Part shown: positions 1 to 20,804 of the stretch, one piece after another
Numbering within the stretch: position 1 is the first letter of the stretch
Layout: every line of letters starts with the position of its first letter
Assembly: GCF_009914755.1 (NCBI RefSeq)
Contig: NC_060942.1
Length of the DNA: 64,000 nucleotides
Strand: one strand, 5' to 3'
Origin: the human T2T-CHM13v2.0 reference genome, Homo sapiens
The notes under the pieces: generated by a model
Database searches by the model: none
The model's input: the letters and a program-made list of their open reading frames with translations, nothing else
What the model was told of the DNA's origin: nothing
Made by a program: the position numbers and the translations under genes

Positions 1-3
1 TGA

Positions 4-595
4 TGTGGTGGTTAATTTTAGATGTCAATCTGACTGGATTAAGGGATATCCAGATGGCTGGTAAAGTGTTATTTCTGGGCATGTCTCTGAAGCTGTTTCT
101 AGAAGAGACTGGCATTTGAATCAGTGGACTGAATAAAGAAGATCTACTCAAGGTGTATGGGCAACATCCAATTGGCTGAAGGGCCATAGAATAAAAAGGC
201 AGAGGAAAGGTGAATTTCTCCCTCCCCCCACCACTCTCGCTCTCTCCTCTGGAGCTGGGGCACCCTTCTTCTCCTGCCCTTGGACATCAGAACTCCAGGT
301 TTTCCAGCCTTTGGACTCTGGGACTTGTACCAGCAGCCCCCTTAGACCTCTGGCCTCAGATGGAGTGTTACACTGTTAGCTTTCCTGGATCTGAGGCATT
401 CAGACTAGGTAGGACTGAGCCACTTTACTGGCTTCCTTAGGTCTCCAGCTTGTAGACGGTCTATCATAGGACTTCACAGGTTCACAAAATCACATAATCC
501 ATAATAAATCCTCTCTCATATATCTGTATCTATCTACATATCTATCTCTCTATCTCCTATTGGTTCTGTCTCTTTGGAAAACTCTGACTAATACA
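4..595 (+). mobile_element. MLT2-family solo LTR (ERVL)
   Basis: Starts TGTGGTGGTTAATTTTAGATGTCAATCTGACTGG and ends GAAAACTCTGACTAATACA, typical MLT2 termini; following ACTGA (596-600) matches TGA at 1-3, consistent with a 5-bp TSD cut by the window edge. Confidence 0.85.
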
Positions 596-1249
596 ACTGA
601 CTTCTCATAAAAAATGATGGAAACCAGAAGACAGTAGAATGTCATTTCTTAAGCACTAAAAGCAAATACTAGTCTACTTAGAATTCTAGACCCAGTAAAA
701 ATATCCTTCAAAATGAAGACAAACTACAAACATTTTTCAGACAAATAAAAATAAGGAGAATTTATTACCAAGAGACCCACACTGCAAAAAGATGCTAAAG
801 GAAAATGATCTTAGATAAAGGCCCAGATCTGCAGGAAGAAGTAAACCGTCATGGAAATGGTGATGATGTGGATAAACATAGGATTATTTTAAATATTTAT
901 CTTTTTAAATTTGAAAACAAGCTTATTCTAAAATCTATATGGAAAGGCAAATGACCTAGAATGGCAAGAAAAGCTTTGAAAAAGAATAATAAAGTAAGAT
1001 AAATTACTCTACCCAATTTTTAGACTTACTATATAGCTACAGTAATCAAGAAAGTGTGGTATTGGTGGAGGAATAAACATATAGATCAATGAGACAAAAC
1101 ACAGAACCCAGAAAAAAAAACAAAACAAATAGGTCCAAACAACTTTGACAAAGGTACAAAAACAATTCAATGGAGAAAGGATAGTCTAGTCAATAAATGG
1201 TGCTGGACCAATTGGCAAAAACAAAACAAAAACAATAAACCTGACACCA

Positions 1250-1530
1250 TTTTTTTTATGAGACAGGGTCTCACTCTGTTACCGAGGCTGGAGTACAGTG
1301 GCATTGTCATAGCTAACTGTAACCTCAAACTCCTGGACTTGACTGATCCTCCTGTCTCACCTCCCAAGTAGGTAGGGCCATAGGCATGTGCCAGAATATC
1401 TAGCTAATTTTTACTTTTTAAATTTTTTTGTAGGGATGGTGTCTTGCTCTGTTGCCAAGGCTGGTTTCCAATTCCTGGCCTCAAGAGATCATCCTGCCTC
1501 ATCCTTTCAAAGCACTGGGATTACAAGCAC
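1250..1530 (-). mobile_element. Alu (AluJ-like)
   Basis: T-tract then GAGACAGGGTCTCACTCTG...GGGATTACA, diverged. Confidence 0.9.
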
Positions 1531-1561
1531 CTTAAATCTTTTATTAAAAAAATTAGGCTGA

Positions 1562-2171
<610 letters not shown>

Positions 2172-2596
2172 TTCAAAATGAACCAGAGACTTAAATGTAA
2201 AATGTACAACTATAAGACTTTTAGAAGAAAACACACGAGAAAATATTTGAAACCAAGGGCTAAGTTCAACATCATTAGACATTAAACCCAGTGCCAAAAA
2301 CATGCTCCATAAAAGAACAAATTGATATATTAAAATGCTTTTGCTTTGTGAAGGACCATAAGAGGATGAAAAAAACAAGCCACAGACTGGGAGAAAATAC
2401 GTGCAAACTACATATCTGACAAAGGAATTATATTGACAGTATATAAAGAACGCACAAACTCAACAGTAAAAAAGCAAGCAATCCAATTAGAAAATAGGCA
2501 AAAGACATTAACAGACATTTGACAAAAGAGGATATAAAATGAACATAGAAAAGTTGTTCAAAAACATTAACCATTAGAGAAATGCAAATGAAAACA

Positions 2597-3122
2597 CACT
2601 ATGGTTTGCATTTGTCTTCCAGATTTCATGTGTTGTTGGAAACTTAATCCCCAATTTAATACATTGATTGGATGTGGGGCATTTGGGCAGTAATAAGGAT
2701 TCTATAAAGTCATCAGGATAGGTTCTCCATGATGGGACTGGTGGCTTTATAAGATGAGAAAGGGAGGCTTGAGTGACATGCACTCTCTTGCTTTCTTGCC
2801 ATGCTTTCCACCATGTTATGATGCAGCAAGAAGGCCCTCGTCAGACACTGGCACTGTGCTCTTGAACTTTCCAACATCCAGAATTGTGAACTAAACAAAT
2901 TATGTTTATTATACATATTTTAAAGTGTAAAAAAAAATTAGAGGTAGGTGTCTCACTAGGTGGCCCAGGCTTGTCCTGAACTCCTCATCTCAAGCAATTC
3001 TCCCACTTTGACCTCCCAAAGTGCTGGGATTACCGCCATAAGCCACCATGCCCAGCTTCCGTCCATTGAAAATTACCCAGTCTATGGTATTCTGTTATAC
3101 CAACAGAAAATAGAATAAGAGA
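2597..3122 (+). mobile_element. MST-family MaLR solo LTR with a minus-strand FLAM inserted at ~2930-3057
   Basis: CTATGGTTTG...GCCATGTTATGATGCAGCAAGAAGGCCCTC...AAATTACCCAGTCTATGGTATTCTGTTATA; Alu left-monomer text CTCCCAAAGTGCTGGGATTAC inside. Confidence 0.8.
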
Positions 3123-3639
3123 AAACCATAATGACATATCATCACAAATCTATTAGAATGACTAAAATAAAAAATAATAATAGTAAATGCTGGTGAGAAT
3201 GTAGATAAACTGGATCTCTCATACATAATGGTGGAAATGTAAAATGGGACAATCACTCTAGAAAATAGTTTGGCAATTACTTATAAAATTAACATACACT
3301 TACATTTGACCCAGAACTTGCACTCCTGGACATTTATCCCAAAGAAACTAAAACTTGTACATGAGTGTTCATAGAAGCTTTATTCATAGTAGCCAAAATA
3401 TACCAACAGCCCAAATGTCCTAAATGAGTACATGGATAAACTGTGGTACATCCCTACAATGGAATAATATTCAGCAATAAAAAGGAGCAAGCAATTGATA
3501 CATGATGCATATTGCATTGGTCTCAGAGACATTATTTCAAGTGGAAAAAGCCTAACTTAAAAATATTATGTACTGTATGATTCCATTTATATAACATTCT
3601 CAAAATGACCAAATTAAAGAGAGAACAAATGAATGGGAC

Positions 3640-4600
<961 letters not shown>

Positions 4601-6021
4601 TATTTGATTACTCTATGTAACCAATTTTCCTGACAATGCCCCGTGCCACACAGATGCCCCTCCTTACCCAGCTCAGTTCCAACTCCTCATGGTGAGCAGC
4701 TCCTGGGAGTAACCACTCCTCACCCACCTGCCCTGGACCAGTGTGAGGGTCCCTGTCTTGAGGCTCCTCTTACTCAGCACAATCTACTGGCTTTAGGAAG
4801 AGCAAGTAGTAACTTTTCTATGAAAACCTAATAATAAAAATCCTACAACATGGCTTACCTCCATAGTGATTCATATCTAGTTCACACTCATTTACTTTCT
4901 CAAGTTTTGTCTGAGTTCCAGCTCTGCACTTGTCCCAGTCTGGTTTGGCTCCTGCCAGTCTTTACGAAGACAGACACCACAAAGACAGTTTCCAGGGGAG
5001 GGAGCCAAGATGGCCAAATAGGAACAGCTCCAGTCTACAGCTCCCAGCATGAGCAATGCAGAAGATGGGTGATTTCTGCATTTCCAACTGAGGTACCGGG
5101 TTCATCTCACAGGAGAGTGTCAGACAGTGGGTGCAGGACAGTGGGTGCAGCGCACTGAGCGTGAGCCGAAGCAGGGCGAGGCATCGCCTCACCCGGGAAG
5201 TGCAAGGGATCAGGGAATTCCCTTTCCTAGTCAAAGAAAGGGGTGACAGATGGCACCTGGAAAATCGGGTCACTCCCACCCTAATACTGCGCTTTTCCAA
5301 CTGTCTTAGCAAACGGCACACCAGGAGATTATATATCGTGCTTGGCTAGGAGGGTCCTACGCCCACGGAACCTCACTCATTGCTAGCACAGCAGTCTGAG
5401 ATCAAGCTGCAAGGTGGCAGCGAAGCTGGGGAGGGGCGCCCGCCATTGCCAAGGCTTGAGTAGGTAAACAAAGCAGCCAGGAAGCTTGAACTGGGTGGAG
5501 TCCACCACAGTTCAAGGAAGCCTGCCTGCCTCTGTAGACTCCACCTCTGGGGGCAGGGCATAGCCAAACAAAAGGCAGCAGAAAACTCTGCAGACTTAAA
5601 TGTCCCTGTCTGACAGCTTTGATGAGAGTAGTGGTTCTCCCAGCACGCAGTTGGAGATCTGAGAACGGATAGGACTGCCTCCTCAAGTGGGTCCCTGATC
5701 CCCGAGTAGACTAACTGGGAGGCACCCCCCAGTAGGGGCAGACTGACACCTCACATGGCCGGGTACTCCTCTGAGACAAAACTTCCAGAGGAACGATCAG
5801 GCAGCAACATTTGCTATTCACCAATATCCGCTGTTCTGCAGCCTCCGCTGCTGATACCCAGGCAAACAGGGTCTGGAGTGCATCTTCAGCAAACTCCAAC
5901 AGACTGCAGCTGAAGGTCCTGACTGTTATAAGGAAAACTAACAAACAGAAAGGACATCTACACCAAAACCCCATCTGTACGTCACCATCATCAAAGATCA
6001 AAGGTAGACAAAACCACAAAG

Positions 6022-7044
6022 ATGGGGAAAAAACAGAGCAGAAAAACCGGGAACTCTAAAAATCAGAGCACCCCTCCTCCTCCAAAGGAATGCAGCTCCT
6101 CACCAGCAACAGAACAAAGCTGGACAGAGAATGACTTTGATGAATTGAGAGAAGAAGGCTTCAGACGATCAAACTACTCCAAACTAAAGGAGGAAGTTCA
6201 AACCCATGGCAAAGAAGTTAAAAACCTTGAAAAAAAATTAGATGAACGGCTAACTAGAATAACCAATGCAGAGAAGTCCTTAAAGGACCTCATGGAGCTG
6301 AAAACCACGGCACAAGAACTATGCAACAAATGCACAAGCCTCAGTAGCCAATTTGATCAACTGGAAGAAAGGGTATCAGTGATGGAAGATCAAATTAATG
6401 AAATGAAGTGAGAAGAGAAGTTTAGAGAAAAAAGAATAAAAAGAAATGAACAAAGCCTCCAAGAAATATGGGAATAAGTGAAAAGACCAAATCTACATCT
6501 GATTGGTGTACCTGAAAGTGACGGGGAGAATGAACCAAGTTGGAAAATACTCTGCAGGATATTAATCCAGGAGAACTTCCCCAACCTAGCAAGGCAGGCC
6601 AACATTCAAATTCAGGAAATACAGAGAACGCCACAAAGATACTCCTCAAGAAGAGCAACTCCAAGACACATAATTGTCAGATTCACCAAAGTTGAAATGA
6701 AGGAAAAAATGTTAAGGGCAGCCAGAGAGAACGGTCGGGTTACGCCACAAAGGGAAGCCCATCAGACTAACAGCTGATCTCTTGGCAGAAACTCTACAAG
6801 CCAGAAGAGAATGGGGGCCAATATTCAACGTTCTTAAAGAAAAGAATTTTCAACCCAGAATTTCATATCCAGCCAAACTAAGTTTCATAAGTGAAGGAGA
6901 AATAAAATAAAATACTTTACAGACAATGTAAATGTTGAGAGATTTTGTCACCATCAGGCCTGTCCTAAAAGAGCTCCTGAAGGAAGCACTAAACATGGAA
7001 AGGAGCAACTGTACCAGCCACTGCAAAAACATGCCAAATTGTAA
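6022..7044 (+). pseudogene. L1 ORF1p, disrupted
   Basis: MGKKQSRKTGNSK start; stop at 6409-6411, further stop and frameshifts; fragments RPNLHLIGVPE and RATPRHIIVRFTKVE recognisable. Confidence 0.95.
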
Positions 7045-7092
7045 AGACCATTGAGGCTAGGAAGAAATTGCATCAACTAACGAGCAAAATAA

Positions 7093-10935
<3,843 letters not shown>

Positions 10936-11999
10936 ACAATGAGAACACATGGACACAGGGAGGGGAACATCACACACTGGGGCCTGTTGTGGGGTTGGGG
11001 GAGGGGGAGGGATAGCATTAGGAGATATACCTAATGTTAAATGAAGAGTTAATGGGTGCAGCACACCAACATGGCGCATGTATACATATGTAACAAACCT
11101 GCACATTGTGCACATGTACCCTGAACCTTAAAGTATAATAAGAAAAAAAAAGACAGTTTCCAGGTTTCCCACACAGAAGACAGCATGTCTGCCTTAACCT
11201 GCTCTGTTCTGTAGTGGATCCTGCTGGGTTGTTCAGGCCATGATGGTGACACATGACCCAGAGCCTTCCCTGCATCTCGATCCGCTCAACTTCCCGGCTT
11301 TCCCCTCAGTTTTCACTTAAGTGCAGCCTAAAATGACCATAAAATGTCATTTTATGCTAGTTCCCTCCAGATCATTCAAGAGAAGGAAAAACACTGCACC
11401 AATTACATTTTAAAACTAGCTCATTTCTTGTAAAAGAGGAGGCACTGTGAACACCATGAGGCTGGTGAAAAGCAAGGGAATAAATGGATCCTTTCTATCT
11501 AGGACACAGGGTTGGTGTGGAAAGTAACATGCAGGTAGTCCTGGGGGCCAGGGGCTCATCTGAATCTGATTGAAGGGTGCTGCCCCAAGAGCAGGCTCTT
11601 TGGGGAAATTCGAGCCATAGTCCTCAGCTGTGAAGGCAGAGTCACTCAGCGGACCCTGCATCCAAGCTCCCACCCCAGTGCTGTGACAGCCTGCACAGGT
11701 GAAGGAACCTTGCTTTTCACACCTCTCACCTCCAGTTTTAGGGTCCTCTTCTGGGGCTTCTTCCCTATTGGGAGTTCATGATCTGATTTCATTTCCTTCT
11801 GGAGTCTCTGTCATGTTGGCAGTAATGTCTTCAATGAAACCAGCTAATGCCTACAGTGGTTTAATCTCCCACCTTGCAGAAAATATTCACATTTTAATAG
11901 ACAACTCCTAAAAATGCAATGCTTTTCCGATCTGGAGGCGGTCCAGTGGTGGGCTTCTCATCAATGGGAGAGATGTTTGGGGAGAAACTGCCTTCCTTG

Positions 12000-12527
12000 C
12001 TACCCTCCTACCCCCATTGTGGAGTCTCAGTCACCTGGTCTGGGGACCGGAGGTGAGGAGCAGAAGGCATCCTCAAAGCCCAGACCCAAAGTAGGCTGTG
12101 TCACCCTGCAGCCAGCACCAGCTACCTGCACTGGGCCAGAGGTGAGCCAAGCTGTGTACGGAGAGACGAAACTAGGACAAAAAAGGGGGCTGAATGGGTG
12201 ACACCTGGGGTGGTCCGGGTCGGCCTCTCTCCCAACACCCCACCCACCTGCCCACCAGAGCCTGGACTTTCCCATGGTCTCTGTGCAGTCCCCTGTGTCG
12301 AGTCCCTCAGGACAAGCGGAGCAGGCTCTGCTGCGGACCTGCGTCCCTCCGGCTGCAACACAAGACACGAGGGGTCAGAGCAGCGCCCGGGTCCTGTGTT
12401 GTAGCCCGAGGTCTCACACTGTGTCATGGTGAGCCCGACCTGCAGCACCTGCCTGGCCTCCTCTTCCAGGTGGGCTGCCCAGCTTCTGCTTGGGGAATCC
12501 GACTTGCTGTGCATCCCGATGAGGAAG
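12000..12527 (-). ncRNA. Putative exon of a minus-strand spliced non-coding transcript (3' extent uncertain)
   Basis: Minus-strand acceptor ctgatgctgacctctgttcttttacag|CTTCC at 12527 with branch-like CTGAC; second acceptor ctctgacccctcgtgtcttgtgttgcag near 12354; no recognisable protein. Confidence 0.35.
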
Positions 12528-13652
12528 CTGTAAAAGAACAGAGGTCAGCATCAGTAGAGGGTCCTGGGACTGGGGCTCAGCAGAGGCCTTGACCTGAGGA
12601 GTCTTGGCTGTGATGGGCGAGGAGTCCTGCCCGGGGCAGCATAGATGACCTGTGCTCCAGGTGAGCAGCGAGCCTGATGGAAATGCTCAGAGAGGTGAGG
12701 GGCTTTGCACGCAAATACTTCACTGTCCACATACCTTTTCCTTTAAACAATGAATTATGGCTGTTTACAAGCCACTAATTACAGTTTATCATAACAATAC
12801 TTCCTAGGAAATGGGTTCCTACTCTAATACTATGATGAGAATTTTGTAAACGCCAAGCTAGTACAATGAATTGCCCTGAGTTATAATAAATATCTGCACT
12901 TTGGGAGTAAGGCAGTAAACACAACATTACTGCTATCCATTTCCTATAGGCCTCTGAAGGATTTATTACTTATTTATGGTTTCTTTTTATTCAAAAACTC
13001 CTACATATCATTTTTTTGCAGATTATTTTGGATGAGTCATTTCTGGTTTTTTTTACAAAATAAAACGCGGTAGGCCCAGAACCCAAAAAGCGTCCCAACT
13101 TCAGTCCCTCCAAAGGTGACTTGTTGAGATTCCTCCCCGAGGCGCGCAATCCTTGGCTGAGCTCCACAGAATTCCTGGGCTGTGGGAATGAGGAGTAAGC
13201 GGCGGTGTTGCTCTCCTTATTTCTAGCTTCAGTAAAGTGGACCCATCAGTTTTGTTCAACGAATCTTTTGGGAAGGCTGTAGACTTTGAGCCCAGATGGG
13301 ACATTAAACAGAAGTGTAGAAATTAGGTGTCACATCGTTTTCTACCAACAAAAGAAGATAAAAGTAGAAGGAAGAGGGATAACAATATCATGCCCACATT
13401 TTGTACAGGAACTTAAAATTGAACAATTTAGAGGGAGGGAAATCCCTTCTCTTCCTAAATTGTCTAAAAGACTGAGGGGCTCTTCCCAGCTGACCAGGGT
13501 ACTCCCCACTATATCTGAGTCTGTGCAGACCTATACAGGCACATGTTCTCCAAATAAGTTATTTTCCCCTCCAAACTCCTTTCTCAGGCTGGGCACTCAT
13601 GATCTAAGACTGCATCAGGCCCTGAGAAGCAACAGAGGACTCATACACTTTT

Positions 13653-14659
<1,007 letters not shown>

Positions 14660-14890
14660 TTAACACATCATTGTCTCAGGGCCCAACACACGGCCTCTGA
14701 AAAATGAGAGCCTGTCACAGAGCCACCAGGCAGTGGCCCGCTACTGGCTATTGGGAGAAGCTACCCAGTCCCCAGAACCCAGCCCCCTGCTTCACAAGTC
14801 CAGACACCTGATGCTATCCAAGTGCCCAAGTTTGGGGGGCTGGCTCCTGCTGACAAAACTCTGAAGAAACTGAATTCTGCACATGCTTAC

Positions 14891-15027
14891 CTTGCCTTTG
14901 AAAGGCAGCAGAAGTGGAGTTGCATTATTGGGTTCTGTCTGAAGAAAGTGAAGGTATCCCAGTACTCATCTGCAACTTCTGACTACAAGCATGTGCAGCA
15001 GGCACCCTGGAACTGTATTTTCAGAAA
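14891..15027 (-). ncRNA. Putative internal exon (137 nt)
   Basis: Acceptor cctctgtgttctttag|TTT and strong donor CAAG|gtaagc on the minus strand. Confidence 0.35.
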
Positions 15028-15732
15028 CTAAAGAACACAGAGGCAGCTAGGACAGTGGGGAGAAAGCCCGTGCTGATGCAAGGACAGGGAGACCTGAGCT
15101 CTGGCTCTGGCCTCGCAGCAGGGAGCAAGTCATGATGAGTAAATCCCAGAAGCTGACCCAGAGTGGCTGCCTGCATGACTTGCTTACTTGCATGATGCTT
15201 AGACAGCTGGCTGATTCTCAGATTCCCCAGGAACCAAAATGCAGGCCAGGCGGTAACAGAGCCTCAGCCTGTGGGAGCCCCCTGCACCTGCCTCACAGCA
15301 CATCCTCCCAGGTGTTGCAGGCCAGGCCTTCTTTCCCAAGTCAGAAGCCAGGCCCATACGGGCAGCTCAGCTGGAACAACGGAGGTGCAGGTCCAAGGCC
15401 CAAATAGTGGAGAGCAGGTGGTGTTGCAGGAAGATGAAGACAAAACAAGCCTCCTGTCCCCCCTTACTGCCCGGGATCTTCTACCTCAACCCTACCCAAC
15501 ATGGTCCTGAGGGGAACCAAATCACTTCCTCTATGCCCATCCTGAGATGGGGCTATCTGACTTGTTTGTGCCAACAAGAGGTCAGAGTGAACAGAATGGG
15601 AACCAGAAAGAAAAGCTTAGAGGAAAGCTTCAAGCTCATGAAGCCCACCTGCGGGACAGGGGAACAAAGAGATCAGCAGGCAGCGGGGTGCAGTAGGCTG
15701 GGGCAGAGGGGAAAGAACGCTGTGGTTATTAA

Positions 15733-16302
<570 letters not shown>

Positions 16303-17424
16303 CTTCAGAAGCCTGGGATGGGGAAGGATTTGGGGAAACCAGGGGAGAATTTACTAATTGAATGGCCAGTGGCCTTGGTGAAGTGCAGCTGGATCTCAGG
16401 GAAGAAATGAGCCCACATAGAGTGGCCTGACAGCATCCACCCAGGCAGGGTAGTAGGGGCTTCTGGGCAGACTCAGGACAGACTGAGGCCTGCAGCCAGA
16501 AGGCCGTGGGCAGAACTCCCACCCTGGGCTACACATCCAGGGTGCAGGCCCTTGGGTGTCTCCAGGAGGGAAAGAGCTTACTACGACCTGTCTGGTAGTT
16601 TGAGAAGAAGGGCTGTGCCAGAACCATAGCACCCAGAGGGCCCTGATTGTGTGCATGCCAGCAAAGGCCTGACTTCCCTGGGAGACAGGCTCCTCGGCCC
16701 CTTATGGGGCTGTCCCCAGCGTACCCCAAGCATGAACCTAGACTGTCCTAGTATAACAGACTTGGCTGAGGGAGCAATGAAGAAAGGAGCTGTGGTCCTC
16801 TCTCCAAGCCTGCTGCCTGGCCCAAGGACAGGAGACGTGCCCTGAGGGAGATGGCGAGGATGAGGTCTGCAGGAGTGGGGCAAGAGAGACCAGGACAAAG
16901 GTGCTCTTCATTGACTAGGAGCTCTAGAAACCTCCTAAGACTGGCCAAAAAGTGTGAGACTGCAGAGCTATTTGAAAAATGGCCATCATTATGCGGGGTG
17001 GTGGGCTGTAGCTGAAGCGCCATAGAAGCGGGCCCATTTGCCGCAGGTTCTTTTTGCACTCTATTTTCCTCTATTTATTTTTACACCCTAAAAAAAAGGC
17101 TTGTACATCAAATAGTCACCTTTCATCCATTTGTAATTCTTTCCCTCTGGGGCACCATAAATTTATTTTATATTATTATCATATTAGAGAACCTAATACG
17201 TTTTCTCTCCTTGCCTTCAGCACGTGGCCTCACAGATGCTTTCCAAAGCAGGCCCAAGAACACATGGAGAGGGGAGAGGAAGGCAGGGGAGGGAAGGGAA
17301 GGGAAGGGCAGGAGCTACTGCAAACCATCCCCACTCCTCACCAAGCCACATTCACTTATTTTGCTCAATAAAACACCTCCTTAATAAAATGTCTACACAC
17401 ATTTTTCAAAGAATGCTATTGAGG

Positions 17425-18110
<686 letters not shown>

Positions 18111-18244
18111 TGGACAGAGTCATCTTCATAGGTAAAACAGCATAGGGTCTTCTCTGTTACCTCTGAAATGAGAATGCTGGTACTTCTAGAAACTACCAGG
18201 AATGAACACTAACAATAAAATGTTATATTGATGCAAAATATTAG

Positions 18245-18449
18245 CAGAATTATTATTTAAGGAAATTACTCTGTATTCATTTAACAAACATAACAGGCAT
18301 TGTGCTAAGCACTGGACATAAGGCAGTAAATGCCTCACCGTTTGGGCCATGGTCAGGTTCTGTTACCTGCAGCCAAATGCAATCCTATTTCACGTCCAAA
18401 GGGACAGAAAAGAGGTTAAGCTTGTGTGTGGGCTGTACCAGGCCCTAAG
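18245..18449 (+). repeat. Copy 2 of the ~205-bp local direct duplication
   Basis: Colinear with 16096-16302. Confidence 0.9.
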
Positions 18450-18620
18450 TTTTGGAGCCAGTTTTTTCTAATCCAGTTTAGGAACTATGTCACCTGGGGA
18501 ATATTACATAATTTCTCTGAAAACAAGTTTCTACATCTGTAAAATGGGAGTAACAGTGCAGGATTGACAGGGTGACCATGAGGAGAATGAGGTGTAATTC
18601 ACAGAGCACTCCATGAGTAG
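18450..18620 (+). mobile_element. MIR fragment
   Basis: Core AGTTTCTACATCTGTAAAATGGGAGTAA. Confidence 0.65.
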
Positions 18621-18648
18621 CAGCTGCTGTTGCTGCCGCAGGTACCAG

Positions 18649-19004
18649 TGTAATGAACTGAACATTCATACTTTAAAATCATTAGGATTTTTACCAATGT
18701 GATGGTATTAGAAGGTGGGGCCTTTGGGAGGTAATTAGGTCATAAGTGTGGAGCCTTTATGAATGGAACTAGTGCCTTTATGAAGAGACATGAGAGAGAA
18801 TCCCTCTCTCTCTTTCTCTCTCAGCCACGTGAGGACACAATGAGAAAGTGGCTATCTGCAAGGCAGGAAATGGATCCTCACCAGACACCAGATCTGCTGG
18901 CACCTTGATCTTGGACTTCCCAGCCTCCAGAATGGTGAGAAATAAATTTCTGTTGTTTATAAGTCTATAGGACTTTTATACAGCAGCTCAAACGGATCAA
19001 GACA
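18649..19004 (+). mobile_element. MLT1A-like MaLR solo LTR
   Basis: CCAATGTGATGGTATTAGAAGGTGGGGCCTTTGGGAGG...GGCACCTTGATCTTGGACTTCCCAGCCTCCAG...AAGACA. Confidence 0.85.
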
Positions 19005-19060
19005 AACAGCAATCCTGTTTCCTTCATGATGACACATTTTGTGATGACACGATGGCTTAC

Positions 19061-19207
19061 CCCTTAGGATCCCCACAGAAATGACCTTGCATCTACACCT
19101 CTCTGGTGGTCATCTAGATCCCACTCAGTAGATGAACCCGTCACCCCCTCTGTCTCACAAAGGATGAACTTGCCAGTGAGGCAAATCCAGGATGTGCCCA
19201 CACTCTT
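19061..19207 (-). ncRNA. Putative internal exon (147 nt)
   Basis: Acceptor cccttctctgaattctgctctcag|AAG and donor AGGG|gtaagc on the minus strand; stops in all frames. Confidence 0.3.
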
Positions 19208-20755
19208 CTGAGAGCAGAATTCAGAGAAGGGACGGTTACCTGGCTGGCAGTCACAGAGGTAGCATAGCTCCTTGCATGTTGCAGGGGTTTGGCATGCTTG
19301 GCTGAATGAACAGACCAATCAGTGAGGGTCTGACTTGAGGTAGGCCTTTCACAGAAATCATGGCTATAAACTTTTGCATTTGCTGTGCACATACTGTATG
19401 CCAAGCACACTCTTAGCAAGTGGGAAAGATCCTGACCAATTCTGGTGATAAGTTTGGGACTCCCAGCAGGTGTGGCTTACCCTCTTGGAGATCCAAGGCA
19501 CATCTTATGAAACCATATGAGCGTAGGATCAGTTCAAAATTACAAAATATCAGCCTGCATATAAAATAGATTTAGTGAATTACTTTCAGAATATTAAAGG
19601 TGGGGAAGCCCCTCTGGACAGAGAGAAGGTTATCTTGGAGGCTGGGACCCCTTCCCTGCTGTAACCTGTACATCCTTATCAAACACATTGCAGGAGGCCA
19701 GAAAATCATGACAATGTAACTCGCTGGCTCACCTTCCTCCAGACTTTGCTTGACACAGCCTTGTCAGAATCCCCGATACTATTTTTAAATTGCCACTTCC
19801 CCTCTCAGGCCCTCTAGCTGGACCCCTGCAGTGGTCTCCTAATCAGGCTTCCCTTCTCATCGTCTCCCCTCATGTCACCTATTAGTTACCCCACTTCCCA
19901 AAGAATAAAGCTGAATCCTTAGCCCAGCATTTAAGACGCCTTACTTAAAAGCATCTGGTCTCTGCCATACTCCCCGATGGGTATTTCACAGTCCGGAAGA
20001 ATTAACTGCTTGCTTGCCTCTATTCCCCACGACTCTGCCCACACCCTCTCCTCCTTGGGGCACTTCCCCTTCCCCTTTCCTGCCCTTCACCACACTGTCC
20101 ACCCTTCTGAGGGCAACGCAGGAGTCCCTTCTCAAAAGACACCCCACTTCTTACCTCCTCAAGTGTTAACCTTGTCCTACATTTTTGACTTTTTTAAAAA
20201 TACTGCAGGTCTTTGTAAACAATAAATGTTTCTTAAACTCCAGGGTTGTAAAGCTCTATTTGATTAGGAATTGAATCATGTATGCCTTTGTGTACCCTGT
20301 GGTCTCCAATAAGATATCTTGGATATTGAGGTATGCAATAAATATTTGTTGGACAAATTAATATTTAATTACTTCATACAAATTCTCCTATTTATCATTG
20401 AAATAGCCTTTTTCTTCAGCACACATAATACAATTCAGTATCTCAGAAGTTTTCACTGATATCATTTTCTTGAGCACAGTTATTAATAATTTGCCTTAAA
20501 ATGCTCATTTAAGTGCCCAACGTGAAGATAAAGAGATCTGCTTTCCCATTGACGCTCACACTCAACCATAATTATCTGTCATAAGAGGCGCAAAGAGGTG
20601 TGAAGATGAAAGCTCGGAAGGTCGGATGTGCTGTCTCAAAATCCTGAAATAGGGGACAATTATCAGCAGCCTTAAGTGCTGGGGGGCACTGTTAATTGTA
20701 CACGAGGCCATTGGTTCTGAATGTCATAAAATTCAGTCTCCCCTCCCCCATCCCA

Positions 20756-20804
20756 CCACACACACACACACACGCACACACACACACACACAAAACACAC
20801 ACAC
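20756..20804 (+). repeat. (CA)n microsatellite, interrupted
   Basis: Directly visible. Confidence 0.95.

Noticed and set aside
13423-13463. Imperfect hairpin ACAATTTAG...CTAAATTGT as a pre-miRNA
   Set aside because: Only ~41 nt with a 9-bp perfect stem, too short for a Drosha substrate
11149-13652. Spacer being currently inverted by L1-L1 recombination
   Set aside because: Both L1s still have their own matching TSD pairs, which a single crossover inversion would have swapped
17286-17308. G-quadruplex motif GGGGAGGGAAGGGAAGGGAAGGG
   Set aside because: Common purine-rich simple repeat with no supporting context
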